Source of the DNA: the human T2T-CHM13v2.0 reference genome, Homo sapiens
Direction: 5' to 3' (one strand)
Length of the DNA: 64,000 nucleotides
Assembly: GCF_009914755.1 (NCBI RefSeq)
Contig: NC_060936.1
A program made the translations under genes and the position numbers. Under the pieces are notes generated by a model. It saw only the letters and a list, made by a program, of their open reading frames with translations. It had not been told where the DNA came from and did not search any database. This document shows positions 27,054-45,337 of this stretch, piece by piece (position 1 is the first letter of the stretch; the number at the start of each line of letters is the position of its first letter).

Positions 27054-28902
27054 AATCTCCTGGTGTAATTGAAAGCATTTATGATGTTTTTGTTAGCCTG
27101 TAAAATTATAAGTTGTTTAGGTGATAGCTATATCATATAAAAAATGCTTTCATTTCTTATGCCCTTTAAAGCTTTTACTATTATCAGCTTATAAGATGCA
27201 AACATAATAAAATAAGACCTGCACATTCCTCAAATTTAATTGGCAACTAAAAAACAGCCAGCTTCAGTAAGGTTCAAAAACTAATATGATTAATTATTTA
27301 GTTTTTTTTAACTTTTATAAACTTTTTGAAATAGGAATAAATAATACTATCAACTTAATTTATTTCATAAAGATACATTAATACTAAAAGTCAGATAGTC
27401 TGACTTTCAAATAAAAATTTCATTAATCTACATGGCTTCCCATAAATATTAAAATCCAAAACAATGCTTATATTAACCATTTAACCATATTATAGTATTC
27501 ACAGTGTTGTTCAACGAGTAGAATGATCCATTTCATTTAAAAGGGGAGGTGATATAATAGCCAAAACTGAAACACATTAAGAAATGCCAGAGAAGAGAAG
27601 AAGAATAACAATAATCATAACACATTAATATATCACACATTTCAAGTATTTATGGCAAGAAAATCATAACTAATAAAAAAAGTAAATTTCCTAAGTAAAG
27701 GAGGAGTAAAAGAAGAAAGACAGTATTCCCCAGATGCATGTATATATGTATATGTATATATATGCATGTATATATATGTATAAACTGTAAGGTTGGAGAT
27801 GAAATCCTCTTAGGAGTTTACCTTGACTCTGGATGACAGCACCTTCACAAGATAAGCTGCATTGACTAGGTGAATGATAAAGTGAGAATAAGTCATCAAG
27901 CTATTCATAATTCTAACTCCTATCCCCATAGTTCATATGCTTTAAAATGTAAGTCTGCGTATATGCCCCTACAAAAAATTTCCACCCTTTACCCTCAAAC
28001 TTCAAGGTTATCTTTTGGGAGGTGATAAATAGAACCTTCAGTTGATCCTAAGAAGGAATTCAATTTGATTTCTCCTGAGGCAGCATCTTGCCACCCACAT
28101 GTTATCTATCCCTCGAGCTGAAATAACTCTTTGCATTCAAATGAACAAAAATTCAAAAATGCGGAAAAGCCAGACCTCAGACTATTGAACTGTTGTGCAA
28201 ATCTGACTACATAAATTTATGGAGTTAATATAAAACCCAAAGCTGAGTCACAATCTGGTGAATATATGGGTACATACACTCATCATAAGCAGCTCTATAA
28301 AAAAAAAAACTAAGGAAATCCACATAAAATAGTAGTGAATTTCAGTTTTGGGTCAACTCTTACTACAAAGAACTATCATATTTAGTGCTTAGGGAAAGGG
28401 AAGCAGTCCCTTCAAAGGGAAGTGGTCCTCACCAGCACCTCCTTTCCGTATTCTGGATTCAGATCACTCCACATTGTGATGAGTGTGCTTTTGTTTGTTT
28501 GGTTTTCCTTCTCCCCATACAATTTCTCTCTGTTTACAGTCCTCTTTTTAAAGTCAAGATCACCAAAGTGGCAGCTCAGCATTTCAATTTCTTAAATAGG
28601 CAGCACAACACAAACACATTCAAAGCAAATGTCATCACACCGGGCAAGAACATTCACCCAGCTGCTGTGGGTGGACCTCCACCATTGATTCTTCTCTAAA
28701 ATTATTTTATACCAAGGAAGTCCAAATGTGGCCATGGTTTCCTGAGTATCATGAATCACACGCAAAGCAAAAAGCAAATAATCATTTGAATTATAATTTA
28801 TTAATGTGCATTAATTTTCTAAAAAAAGAATTGTAATTTTAAATATAACACATGATTATTTTTCAAATATGAGAAACTCATAGGACATGAAAGAAAAAAT
28901 GT

Positions 28903-29212
28903 GGCCAGTCGTGGTGGCCCATGCCTGTAATCCCAGCACTTTTGGAGGCCAAAGTGGGCAGATCACTTGAGGTTAGGAGTTTGAGACCAGGCTGGCCAAC
29001 ATGGTGAAACCTCGTCTCTACTAAAAATACAAAAAATTAGCCGGGCATGGTGGCCGGTGCCGGTAATCTGAGCTAGTCTGGAGGCTGAGGCAGGAGACTT
29101 GCTTGAACCCAGGAGACAGACAGAGGTTGCAGTGAGCCAAAATCTCACCATTGCACTCCATCCTGGGCAACAAGAGTGAAACTCTGTCTCAAAAAAAAAA
29201 AAAAAGAAAAGA
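28903..29212 (+). mobile_element. AluSq/Sp-like element
   Basis: GGGCAACAAGAGTGAAACT 3' diagnostic; TSD AAGAAA(A/C)AATGT. Confidence 0.93.
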
Positions 29213-29686
29213 AACAATGTACCTGGCCATTATGTCACCACTTGGATAGAACCATAGCTAATATTTTAGAACATGTTTCTACTGTGTTCTATGAATTCAT
29301 GAATGTGTTCATATTTTGTGAAATATTATATTATGGCTAATAAAATATTTTACTTTTTATAGCCTGTATTTTTGATTAATATATCATTACTTATTGTGTA
29401 ACAAAAATCTCTTCATAGTAATAATTCTAAGACTACCTTATAATATATATATTTTTAATGTGGAACACTGTAGCTCACACTTTTGATGGCTATCCAAATG
29501 GTCATTCCCAATCTCCTTCTCCTTTGCCTGCACCTCATACTAAAAGCTGGACAAAACTATTCACTTCATTTTCCAGGGTCCTTATAGTTAGGGTCACCAA
29601 AGAACCAATCCCTCATTATAAGAGAAAATGATCTTTCACTAGAATTATTTCAAAAGTATTTGCTTTCCTTATAAAAAGAATAGATG

Positions 29687-29903
29687 GTTTGTTAAATAGG
29701 TAAAGTTGAGTCATTGGGGTTTGTTGTACAGATTATTTCATCATCCAGGTATGAATCCTAGTACCCATTAGTTATTTTTCCTGATCCTTTCCCTTCTTCC
29801 ACCCTCCACACTCCACAATAGGCATCAGTGTGTGCTGCTCCCCTCTATGTGCCCAACCTGCACATGTACCCCTAAACTTAAAATATAACTTACAAAAAAG
29901 AAA
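29687..29903. mobile_element. Short L1PA/PB 3' end with a 5' inversion
   Basis: Antisense 3' UTR (GTTTGTT...CCCTCTATGTG) abuts the sense terminus AACCTGCACATGTACCCCTAAACTTAAAATA plus A-tail. Confidence 0.75.
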
Positions 29904-29999
29904 ACTCTATTACAGAAAATTGTACTCAACAATTGTATTTAAAATTTTACCAATAAAACATGTAATTAAAAAAATGTAAAAAAACTAGGTGGGAGTTAT

Positions 30000-32760
<2,761 letters not shown>

Positions 32761-33379
32761 TACTGGAAAAAATACTTCCAAAAAAACCATAATTAGGAAA
32801 ATAAAGATGGAGAGATGCATCTGCCTCCCATTTCTCCTATCTCCTTGAACATAAAAGTGATGTCTTCAGTAGGGCAGCCATTTTGCAGCTATGTAGTAAC
32901 AAGAGTGAAGATAAAGTATCAGTATATGAGAGGTGTTCATGATGGCTGACTAGAAGCATTTTATGCCTGCCTCCTCTACTTAAAAGAACCAAAATAATTT
33001 ACAGTCAGTCACACTTTGAGTATGTTATCTATAATGGAACAGTGAAATTCAACAGAGAAGTGACAGGGGACACCAAAAATGGGGAAGAAGGAGAGACAGC
33101 TTACCTGGATGGAATCAGCTGGGAGCCAGGAATGACTTTCCAACATGGGAATGGGTAAGAGATTTCCAATAGCCATGGGACAGTGTGTCCTAATCACTGA
33201 AAGTAACACAGAAAGTTGCTAGGAGGCCATGGGACAGAGCTGGCCCAGGAAAAGAAGTCACACTAGGTCCCATACCTTATCTGAGACCTAAGCAGCTAGA
33301 GCAAGGTGCCATTGTCAAACCTAGCCTCTGGCAACCCATCAGCACCAGGAATGAGGTATCATAGAAATTCAGGCTGTCA

Positions 33380-33712
<333 letters not shown>

Positions 33713-36700
33713 AGAAATGCAGGCTGTCACTCCTAGGACAGGGGAGAGAGTCAGGAGCACTCCTGCACCCAGGGGTAGGAAGTGAGCATTACACTGCCAA
33801 GATTTGAGGTAGTGAGGCAAGCAGATCATGATTTGCCACTGGGACTTGGTTGCAACCTGGGTGTGAGATCCTGCAGCCAGGTTTGGGAGTAAGCCCCACC
33901 AGGACTAGGGCATGAAGAGACATGTGTTTCTTCCCCTCTAGCCAAGGCAGTGACCACCGAGGGAGGCCCCATCCTCCCCAGTGGTGGGGCTTCAGCACAA
34001 CTGCTAAAGCTCCTCATTCAAGCATTCTGCTTAGAGCCTGAGGATTAACCTGCCTCTTATCTACATGCTTTGTACCTACTCTCACCATTAGGGGTCCTGA
34101 GCATAAGCCTGCCCAGCCCAGTGTGACCGCCCACTTCTACAAAATAGCACATAGCCCCGGGGTCCTGGGGATTGCCCAACACAATCCACCACCCTGGGCA
34201 CCTAAGCACTTCTCCCAGGGACCTGATGTTGGGCAAAAGCTCCTGACAACTACCACCTCAGCTGGTGATACCTGCTGAGTGACACCTCTGGGCTTGAAGA
34301 CTGGCCTGCTCAGCCTATTGTGGCCACTTCCAACATCAACACACCACTCGGGACCCCGAGAAACATCCTGTCATTTCTACACTCTTTGCCCATGGCACAC
34401 TGACTGCCAAGGAGGCTGAAAATCTGCCTGTCCACTCAGGCCACTACTAACTACCAGCATCCAAGCCAGCCATCTGGAGGCACAGGTGCCAGCATACACT
34501 ACCCTGGGACACAAAGACAAGCATGCTGAACACAACACTGCCAGCACTGGGGCCTGAAAACTAACCTACCTGGCATCCTAGTCCCCAGCACAACTTCACC
34601 ACAGCCTCTACTAATAACCATACCCTAAACCACTATGGAAATCAGGTACCATTAATGCTGTTTACAGCCAAATAAATCCTACAGAGGCTACACTACTGCA
34701 TACGCCCAGAATCAAAACCAAAGTGTCCTTCCCATACAACACCATAGATTCATCTTTAGGACAAAGTCTTCCTCTATGAAAGTAAATGCAAAAATAGAAA
34801 GAAGCAATTGTTACACCAGGTACACAGATATCAATGTAAGGGCATAGGAAACATGAAACAACAAGGAAATATGATACTTTCAAAGGAACACAATAATTTT
34901 CCAGCAATAGATCTTAATCAAAAAGAAATTTTTATAATCCCAGATAAATAATTCAAAATATTGATTTTAAAGAAGCTCAGCGAAATGCAAGAAAATTCTG
35001 AAAAACAATACAAAGAAAGCAGACAAGCAATTCAGGATATGAATAAGAAATTCATCAAAGAGGTAGATATTTTTTAAAAGAACCAAATAGAAATTTTGGA
35101 ACTGAAGTATTCATTGAAGGAGACACTTCAAGGATACATTTGAAAGCTTCAATAATAGACTACATCAAGCAGAATAAAAAATATCAGAACTTAAAGACAG
35201 TCCTTTTGAAATAAACCATTAAGACAAAAGTAAAGAAAAAATAAAAAAGAATGAGCAAAGCATTCATAAATTTAAGACAACACTAAGGAACCAAATATAT
35301 GAATTACTGGTATCCCCAATTGTGAAGAGAAAATAAAATGATTAGAAAATCTATTTAACAAAATAATAGATGAAAGCTTTCCACAGCTAGCAGGAGATTT
35401 ACATACTTAGAGGGGGCTCAACGAACCCCAGGTAGATAAAATTCAAAAAACACATTATAATCAGACTGTCTAAAGTCAAGGACAAAAGGTAAATCCTTTT
35501 GCAAGAGAAATCTACCCAGTCACCTATACAGGAAAACCCATCAAACTAACTGTGGAATTCTCAGCGGAAATCTTACAGGCCAGAAGAGAATGGAATTATA
35601 TATTCAAAGTGCTGAAAGAATAAAACCTATCAGCCAAGCATACTACATCCAGCAAAATCAACCTTTATAAATGAAGAAAAAATTAAGCCTTTCTTAGACA
35701 AGCAAATGCTGAGGGAATCTGTTACCACTAGACTGATGCTACAATAATGCTCAAGGGAAGCCTAAACCTGAAGCAAAAGGATGACATTCACCATTATAAA
35801 ACACACAAAAAAGTATAAAACTCACTGATAAAGCAATCACACAAAGAAAGAAAAGACTTAAATGGTCCCATTACAGAAATCCACCAAACTATGAAAAACA
35901 ATGGGAGAAAAAATATATATATATATATAAAACAACCAGAAAACAATTAACAATATGACAGGGATGAGCCTTATATATCAAAAATAACCTTGAATGTAAA
36001 TGAACTAAAGTCTCCATTTAAAAGACAAAGAATTGTTGAATGGATTTTAAAAATAATAAATTATAAGCCACTTAAAAGAAACTCACCATGCCAGAAAAGA
36101 CACACATAGACTGAAAGGTAAAATTAAAGGGATAGGAAAAGACAGTCCACGCAAATGGATACCAAAAGTAAGCAGGAATACCTACACTCATATCAGATAA
36201 AACAGACTTAAAGTCAAAAACAGCATTAAAAAAAGACAATACGGTCATTATACAATGCTAAAAGAATTATTTCAGCAAGAGGATATAATATTTCTAAATA
36301 TATATTCACCCAACACTGGTGCACCCAGATTCAAAAAGTAAATATTACTAGATCTAAAAAGAAAAATAGACTGCAATACAGTAATAGTGAGTGAGTTCAG
36401 CAGCCCACTGTCAACATCAGAGAGATCTTCTAGACAGAAAATCAACAAAGAAAAATTGAACTTAAACTGGACTTTAGAGCAAATGGACCTAACATACATT
36501 TACAGAAACTTCTATTCAACAACTGTATAATATACATTCTCTTTTCATCAGCTTATGGAACATTCTCCAAGATATACTCTATGTTAGGCCACAAGACAAG
36601 TCTCAATAAATTTTCAAAAGTCAAAATCACATCAAGCATTTCCTCAGACCACAATGGAATAAAACTAGAAATTAACACCAAGAGGGACTCTGGAAACTAT

Positions 36701-38477
36701 ACACAGTTGAAATTAAGCAACATGCTCCTGAATGGTCATTGGATCAATGAAGCAATTAAGATGGAAATAAAAAAATGTTTTTTAAACAAATTAAATGGAT
36801 ATACAACATACTAAAACTCTTAGATACAGCAAAAGCAGTACACAAAAGACAAGTATATAGTGATAAAAGCCTACATCAAAAAAGTAGAAAGATTACAAAT
36901 TAACAATCTAAGAATGTATGTCAAAGAACTAGAAAAACAAGAAAAAGCCACACTCAAAATTAGCAGAAGAGATAATAAAATCAGAGCAGAACTAAATGAA
37001 ATAGAGAATTTTTAAAAACAACATAAATGGTAAATGAAGCAAAAAGTTGGTTCTTCAAAAAGATAAATGAAATTGATTAACTGCTAGCTAGATTAACCAA
37101 GAAGGTAGAAGACCCAAATAAAATTAAAAATGAAAAAGGAGACATTATAACTGACACCACAGAAATACAAGCAATCATTCAAGACTGTTATAAACAACTG
37201 TATGCTGACAAACTGGAAAACCTAGAAGATATAGATAAATTTCTGGGAATATAAGAGCTACTAAGACCGACTCAGGAATAGAAAACCTGAATAGAACAAT
37301 AGTGTGAGTAAAATATAATTAGTAATAAAGAAAGTTCTCAAGAAAGAAAAGCCCAAGACTTGATGGATTCATAGCTGAATTCTACCAAAAATGAAGAAGA
37401 AATAATGCCAATCCATGTGAAACTATTTCAAAAAAATGAAAGAGGAGATAATTCTCCCTAACTCTTTCTGTGAGACTAACATCACCCTGATGCCAAAACC
37501 AGACAAGGACACAACAAAAAAGACAACTATAGACCAATATCCCTGATGAACATAGATGCAAAAAAACCCTCAACAAACACTCAAAAACTGAATTCAATAG
37601 CACATCAAAAAGATAACATACCATGATCAAGTGGGATTTATAGCAGGGATGCAAGGATGGTTCAACATACACAAATCAAAAAAAGTGATATATCATATCA
37701 ACAGAATGAAAAACAAAAACTATATGATCATCTCAATAGATGCAGTAAAAGCATTTGATAAAATTCAACATTCAATTATGACAAAAAAAACATGCAATAT
37801 ATTAGGCATAGAAGGAACATACCTCAAAATAACAAAAGCCATATATGACAAACCCATAACTAACATCATACTGATTGGGGAAGTCTTGACAGTGTTTCCT
37901 CTAAGAACTGGAAAAAAGAAGATGTTCACTCTCACCACTTCTATTCAACATAGTATTGGAAGTCCTAGCCAGAGCAATCAAGCAAAGAGAGAAATATAAG
38001 GCATTCAAGTTGCAAATGAGGAAGTCTAATTCTCTCTTTTTGCTGATTATTTTTTATCTAGAAAAACCAAAAGACTCCATCAAAAAACTCTCAGATTTGA
38101 TTGATGAATTCAGTACAGTTGCAGGATATAAAATCAATGTACAGAAACCAGTAGCATTTTTGTACACAAATAATAATCTAGCTGAGAAGTAAATTAAGAA
38201 GGTAATCCTACTTACAATGGCTACAAAAAAAAAAAATACCAAAGAATAAATATAACCAATGAGATGAAAGATCTCTACAAACAAAAAACCTACAAAATTC
38301 TGGTGAAAGAAACTGAAGAAAACAAACAAATGGAAAAACATCTCAGGCTCATGGATTGGAAAGAATTAATATCACTAAAATGGTCATATTTGCCAAAGCA
38401 ATATAAGAATACCAACATCATTCCTTAGAGAAATAGAAAACACAATCTTAAATTTCATATGGAACCAAAAAGGAGCC

Positions 38478-38925
38478 TGTTGGTCAGAGTGGTGGGGAAA
38501 ACTATTAGGGAAAGGACACAAACCTTCTGAAAGGTCAGAAGGTTCTGCAGAACCCTAGGGGAGAATAACTGAAGGCAGCTGTTCTATAAACCTGATGCAG
38601 AGGGCAAGAAGTAAGTACAAGGGAGTGTAGGCAAATTTATCTTATACAGGCCTGTTTACTTATATTGACCAGGAACTGACCTTTGATCATCCACGCGTGT
38701 GACATTCCCTGAAAGAGGAACAACAAATGTTAATTACCTGCAGGTTGTGTTGGCTCCAGGTTTTCCGCATTGTGCCTGCACTGAATAAAAGCAAGCAGCT
38801 CCAGCTTCTCAGGGCTGCTCTCTGATCACTACAGCCAGGCAGTCACCTAGCTGCTCTTACACTGCATACCTGTGTCTGAGTACGCATTTCATCTGTCAGC
38901 GAGGGTCTGCGGGACAGACCCAGCA
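38478..38925 (+). mobile_element. Solo LTR, LTR22-like (HERV-K HML-5)
   Basis: TG...CA ends, AATAAA, terminal GTCTGCGGGACAGACCCAGCA; 6-bp TSD GGAGCC/AGAGCC; interrupts L1 ORF2. Confidence 0.8.
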
Positions 38926-40311
38926 AGAGCCCAGATAAAAAAACACAATCTTAAACAAAAAGAATAAAGCTGGAGGCATAAATTACCTGACTTCAAAATA
39001 TATTACAAGGCAATAGTAACAAAAACAACATAGTATTGGTATAAAAATAGAAACATAGACCAATGAAACAGAATGGAGAGCCCAGGAATAAAGCCACTTA
39101 TTTTCAGACAACTAGTCTTCAAAAAATCCAGTAAGAACTTACATTGGAGAAAGGACATCCTCTTTAATAAATGGTACTGGGAAAATTGGATAGCCATGTG
39201 CAGAAGAATAAAACTGGACCCCTATCTCTTGTCATATGCAAAAATCAACTCAAAATGGATTAAAGACTTAAATATACTACCCAAAACTACAAAAATACTG
39301 GTAGAACACCTAGGGAAAACTCTCCTGGATGTTGGTCTAGGCAAATAATTTATGACTAAGATATCAAAAGCACAGGGAACAAAATCAAATATAAACAAAT
39401 GGGACTTCATTAAACTAAAAAGCTTTTGCACACACACACACACATAACAGAGTAAAGAGACAACCTATTGAATGGGAGAAAATATTTGCAAGCTATTCCT
39501 CCAACAGGGAACTAATATCCAGAATAAACAAGGAACTCAATCAACTCAAGAGGAAGAAAACAAATAATCCTAATTAACAGTGAGCCAAAACATGAGTAGG
39601 ATTTCTTAAAATAAGACATACAAATGACTAACAGCTATATGAAAATATGTTCAACATCACTCATCATCAGAGAAATGCAAATTAAAATCACAATGAGATA
39701 CATTATCTTAGCCAGTCAAAACGGCTATTATCAAAAGGACAAATTATAGTAGATGGTGGCAAAAATGCAGAAAAACAGAAATTCATACATTGTTGGGAAG
39801 GTAAACTGGTATAGGCACTATGGAAAACAATATGGAGATTTCTCAAAAAACTATAAATAAAATTACCATTCAATCCAGCAATCTCACTACTGAGTATCTA
39901 CCTAAAGGAAAAGAAATGAACACATCCAAAAGATACCTACATTTACATGTTTAATATAGCACTATTCACAATATCAAAGATACAGAATCAACCTAAATAT
40001 CCATCAACAGATAAATGGATAAAGAAAATATTTTATATATATATATACACCATAGAATATTCTTCCATAAAAAAGAATGAAATCATGTCATTTGCAGCAA
40101 CATGGATAGAACTGGAAGTCATTATCCTAAGTGAAATAAGGCAGGCACAAAAAGACAACTATTGCATGTTCTCACATAAGTGCAAGCTACAAAATTTGAA
40201 CACATGGAGGTAGACAATGGAAAAATAGATAACAAAGTCTGGGAAGGGTGAGTAAGAGGCAGGGGAGGATGAAGAGAAGTGGGTTAATGGATACAAACAT
40301 ACAGTATCTGT

Positions 40312-40589
40312 GGCCAGCCATGAGCTCCTGTAATCCCAGCACTTTGGGAGGCTGAGGTGGGCAGATCACTTGAGGTCAGGAGTTCAAGGCCAGCTTGTCC
40401 AACATGTGAAACCATGTCTACTAAAAATACAAAAATTAGCTGGGCATGGTGGCACATGCTTGTAATCCCAGCTGCTTGGGAGGCTGAGGCAAGAGGATCA
40501 CTCGAACCTGGGAGTTGGAGGTTGCAGTAAGCTGAAATCATTGCACTTCAGCCTGGGTGACAGAGCAAGATTCCATCTCCAAAAAAAAA
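40312..40589 (+). mobile_element. AluS element in the L1 3' UTR
   Basis: Alu dimer with altered 5' end and A-tail. Confidence 0.92.
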
Positions 40590-42609
40590 GATTAAATTCA
40601 AAGTTTGATAGCAGAGTAAGATGACCATATTTTTTAGAAATGTATTGTACTCGGGTGATGAACATACTAAATACCTGGACTTGATCACTATACATCATTT
40701 AAATGTAAAAAATTCTCATGTACTCTATAAATTTGCAAAAATTAAAAAATGCCAATATACTATGGATATAAGAGCAGAAACACAAAATGAGACTGGAAAC
40801 TTAATCATATTGTTGCATGCAAGACTAAGCCTGATATCATCATCAAATAAACAATAAATGTACTTACCATTTAATAAACTGGTAGTCAGATTTTCTGTTT
40901 TTATAGTCAAAAGCTTTCCAAACTGTTCAAATATTTAGATTATTTTCAGGATTTTACTATATAAAAAGTGATGAAAGAAAATTTTCATGTATAAATTTAT
41001 ATCCCATTTCCTCATGTTTTATTTAAAATATAAACTGAAACACAATTATGCTGATTTGGTTATGTGTATGTTTATATAAAATTAACTAATTTGTTACAAT
41101 ATTTTAATATTTTAACATAGAGCTGTAAATAGTATTATGTGATCATTGAAAAATCAGAAAACAAAAATATTTAAGGTGATTGATAGCCCAATTATAGTGA
41201 TTTGATCTTTACAAATTATATGACTGGTTTTTTAAAAATTATCACATGTACCCTCAAAATGTGTATTTCTATTATGTATCAATTTAAAAATGTTTCAAAA
41301 TAAAAACATATAAAAAATCTTTCTATATGCAACAGTTTTCATTTCTAATATTTTATGTGTTTTTATTGAGATTTTATCAGAAAGTACTTTTTAAAGAAAA
41401 CTTTAAATTAATTAGCATTTCTATTTTTACAACACATTTAATCCTTTTGCATATACTTACAGCATATTAATCCTTAATAATAGAATTATTATATCTATTC
41501 TACTTTTTATTCATAACTTTCTCATAGTAATGAAGATATTTAGGGCTATAAATTTACCTTTAAGTTCAGCTTTGGTAATATTTCACAACTTTTTTTATAT
41601 GTAGTACTTTTCATTTGCTATTTTCTACTGTTTGATGCTGACACATTAATTATTTATAAAAGTATTGTGCTTTCAACAGAGGGGCCTTTATTTTATTTTT
41701 GTCAATTTACAATGTGGTAGATATTGTCATAGTTATTATTTTTATCTACTAACTCTATTCTAAACTGAAAATGTAACCTCTTCGATTTTTTCTTTGTGGA
41801 ATAAAAATGATTTTATTTTTGCCTAGTATAGCAAACATATTTTGTAAACCACACAAGGACATTTTAAAAGAACATATATTTTCTGCTTCTTGGTACAGAG
41901 CTTAATATATTTCTATTAATCCAACTTCATTAATTGTATTACTCAAAACTGACATGTCCTCATTTAATTTTTGACTACTTCTTATAATAGTGATAGTGAC
42001 ATTAACTGTCCCAACTGTAATTAAGTTTCTGCCCATTTCTCCTTGAATTCCTAAAATTTATTCCATATTTTGACTCACATAAATTTTCTGGCTATTATAA
42101 TTTCATGTAGAATTTAACTTCTAGGAATATGAAGAGACTTTCTTTGTTATGTTTTAATGATTTTTTTTCCTTAAATACTTTTTTGTCTTCTCTTAGTATG
42201 AATACTCTGCTTTGGTTTTAGTGGCTTTTACTTAATGTATATTTGCCCATGTTTTTATATTTTATCATTCTAATTAAAAAATAGCTATGCTTATAGAAAA
42301 TCTATTTTTTAAATTTTTACTCAATTTCATTGTAACTGAAATGTTTGTATTTATTCTTAACGACATTTCATTAATTTCATTTTTAATCTGACTGCTGTTT
42401 GTTTTAAGTTTCTGTCTTTTATTGTATGATCTTTATTTGCTCTTCTTTGCTGTATATTTTAAAAATATATATTCTATGTTTAATTCTATGAGTGATTACT
42501 TCAAAGAAAAATGCAAAATGTTATAGTTCTTTATAGTACTGTATCATAAACTGCATTCTAGTAAACATTAGCTTACAGGACCATAATACATAGTCCTAAG
42601 GGTCAGAAA

Positions 42610-43140
42610 AGCTAGTAATGTAGCAAACCTCTCCAAATGTTAATGGCTTACAAGAAATTAGCATTTTCTCTCACTGTTCTCCATGTTGACTGGGCTCAAC
42701 TCAGGGTCTCTATTAGTTTCAGTCAGGTGATAAGCGTTCCAGTCATTCAAATTCAATTTGTGTGTAAGATGACTCCCTCTCACCTCTGGTAGCTGATGTT
42801 AGCTAATGGCTAAGACTGAGCTGGGATTACCAACAGGAGTGCCTACATGTGGTCTTAACATGTGAAGTTTGCTTCTGACAATATGATGGCTGGATTTTAA
42901 AAGAGAATATCCCAAAGTGTTTTGAGAATCATAACCCGAAGCTGCAAGGCTTTTTTTTTATCTAGCCTCAGAAGTCCCATAAAATGGCTTCTCCTGTGTT
43001 CAATAGGTCAGAAAAGTTATGAAGGCCAGCCCATATTCAAGGGGAGGGAAAATAATCACCACCTCTTATTGGGAAGAACAGCATTCTCATGCAGGAAAGA
43101 AAGGAATTGGTGGAGTCTATATCTTTTAGATACTTCTTGA
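42610..43140 (-). mobile_element. Old MLT1-type LTR remnant
   Basis: GCCTACATGTGGTCTT, GAAGCTGCAAGGCTT...CTAGCCTCAGAAGTC, AAGGCCAGCCCATATTCAAGGGGAGGG motifs. Confidence 0.65.
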
Positions 43141-43420
43141 AAAAATTACAATGTTGTTGAACATATTAAAGAAAAAACTTGTATAATGGCTAACCAAATT
43201 ATTTAATCTGAAATAGTCTTTTACTCACACGTAAACTGTTGTCCTTATAGCAGCATACCCACAACAGTAGTTTCAGAAGTGTTATAGACCAGCATTTTCT
43301 CATAGAAATATAATACAAGACACATGTAATTTTAAATGTTCTAATCACCTTAAAAAATAAAAAGAAACAGCTAAAATTAACTTAATAGTATAACCCAATA
43401 TATCTAAAACATTATCATTT

Positions 43421-44488
43421 TGTCAACGAAATGTGTCAAGCTCCATAAAATATTTTAAGAGATTCATTCTGAGCCACATATGAGTGACCATGGCCCGTGA
43501 CACAGCCCTCAGGAGGTTCTGAGAACATTTGCCCAAGGTGGTCGGGGTGCAACTTGGTTTTATACATTTTAGGGAGGCATGAGGCATCAATCAAATACAT
43601 ATAAGAAATACATTGGTTTGGTCCAGAAAGGCAGGACAACTCAAAGTGAGGGCTTCCAGGCTATAGGCAAATTTAAACATTTTCTGGTTGCCAATTGGTT
43701 GAGCTTGTCTAAAGACCTCGGATCCACAGAAAGGAAATGTTCAGGTTAAAATAAAAGTTAAAAGATTATGGAGACCAAGGTTCTTATGAAGTCTTATAGT
43801 GGCTGACCTTAGAGACAATAGATGACAAATGTTTCTTATCCAGATCTTTAAAAGGTGGTAGACTTGCCAGGTGCAGTGGCTCACGCCTGTAATCCCAGCA
43901 CTTTGGGAGGCCGAGGCAGGTGGATCACAAGGTCAGGAGTTTGAGACCAGTCTGACCACACGTCTCTACTAAAAATACAAAAATTAGCCAGGTGTGGTGT
44001 AATCCCAGCTACTCAGGAAGCTGAAGTAGGAGAATCCCTTAAACCCAGGAGGCAGAGGTTGCATTGAGAGGAAATCGCGCCACTGCACTCCATCCTGGGC
44101 GACAGAGCGAGACTCCATCTCAAAAACAAACAAACAAACAAAAAAGGTGCTAGACTTTTAGTTAATCTCTTTAGTATTGAGAGAGCCTGGAAGAAAAAGA
44201 TCTAGCTATGTTAATAGAGATTCTTTACAGACACAAATTTTTCCCCACAAAGGCCAGCTTTGCAGGGCCGTTTCAAGATATGGCAAAGAAACATGTTTTG
44301 GGGTAAAATATTTTTATTTTCTTCCTTGTCTTGTAATGTTATGTCAGAGTCAGGTTGGAAAGTAAGTCACGATATATAGAGTTAAATAAAACCCATCTGA
44401 TGAGAATTTATGGTTTGTAGGGCTAGACTCCCTAGACCCCTTAGATAGGAATTTGGGCAAGATTTAAAAAATCAGAGCTTAGTCCTCA
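43421..44488 (-). mobile_element. MER4-group (ERV1) solo LTR containing an Alu
   Basis: TG...CA ends; GACCATGGCCCGTGACACAGCCCTCAGGAGG; terminal CAGAGCTTAGTCCTCA; 4-bp TSD ATTT. Confidence 0.88.
43866..44141 (+). mobile_element. AluS element with two internal deletions
   Basis: 16-bp TSD AAAAGGTG(G/C)TAGACTT; (AAAC)n tail. Confidence 0.93.
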
Positions 44489-45013
44489 ATTTCAACACAT
44501 AAACAATAGAAGCATTATTAATAAAAATTTTGTAGTTACTTTTGTATTATGTCTTTGAAATCCAGTGTAGATCTTATCCTTAGGGTACATCACAAATGTT
44601 CCGCAGTCACATATGACTATTCTTTACAATGTTGCTCTAGACTATAAACTCCTTGAAAGCAGGAATCATGTTCTCCTCAATCTTGTATCTCAAACATAAA
44701 TGTGCTTGATACATAGGAAAAATTTATATGTTTGATAACTGACTTAAAGAATGAATTTCAAAGTTATAATTTTTCTAATGCATATTCCCTCAATCTTTCC
44801 TCAATCTTTCCTCAATCTTTCCTTTGTAAATTTTGAGGAATCTCATGCCAATATTCCCATATTCACTGCCAGCCTTTGTTAATATAATATGGAATTTGCT
44901 ACTCAGTTTTAATATGAAATTTGCTACTCAGTTATGGAATTTGCTTCTCAGTTATTTTTAGTAGTCTCTCTTCACTTTTAGAAATAATTTGTACATTGCA
45001 AAAATTTTATTAA

Positions 45014-45337
<324 letters not shown>

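Larger units (their letters stand above)
43290..44640. mobile_element. MER33-like hAT element split by a MER4 LTR
   Basis: ATAGAAATATAAT...AACCCAATATATCTAAAACATTATCATTT resumes after the LTR as ATTTCAACA...TCTTTGAAATCCAGTGT. Confidence 0.7.
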
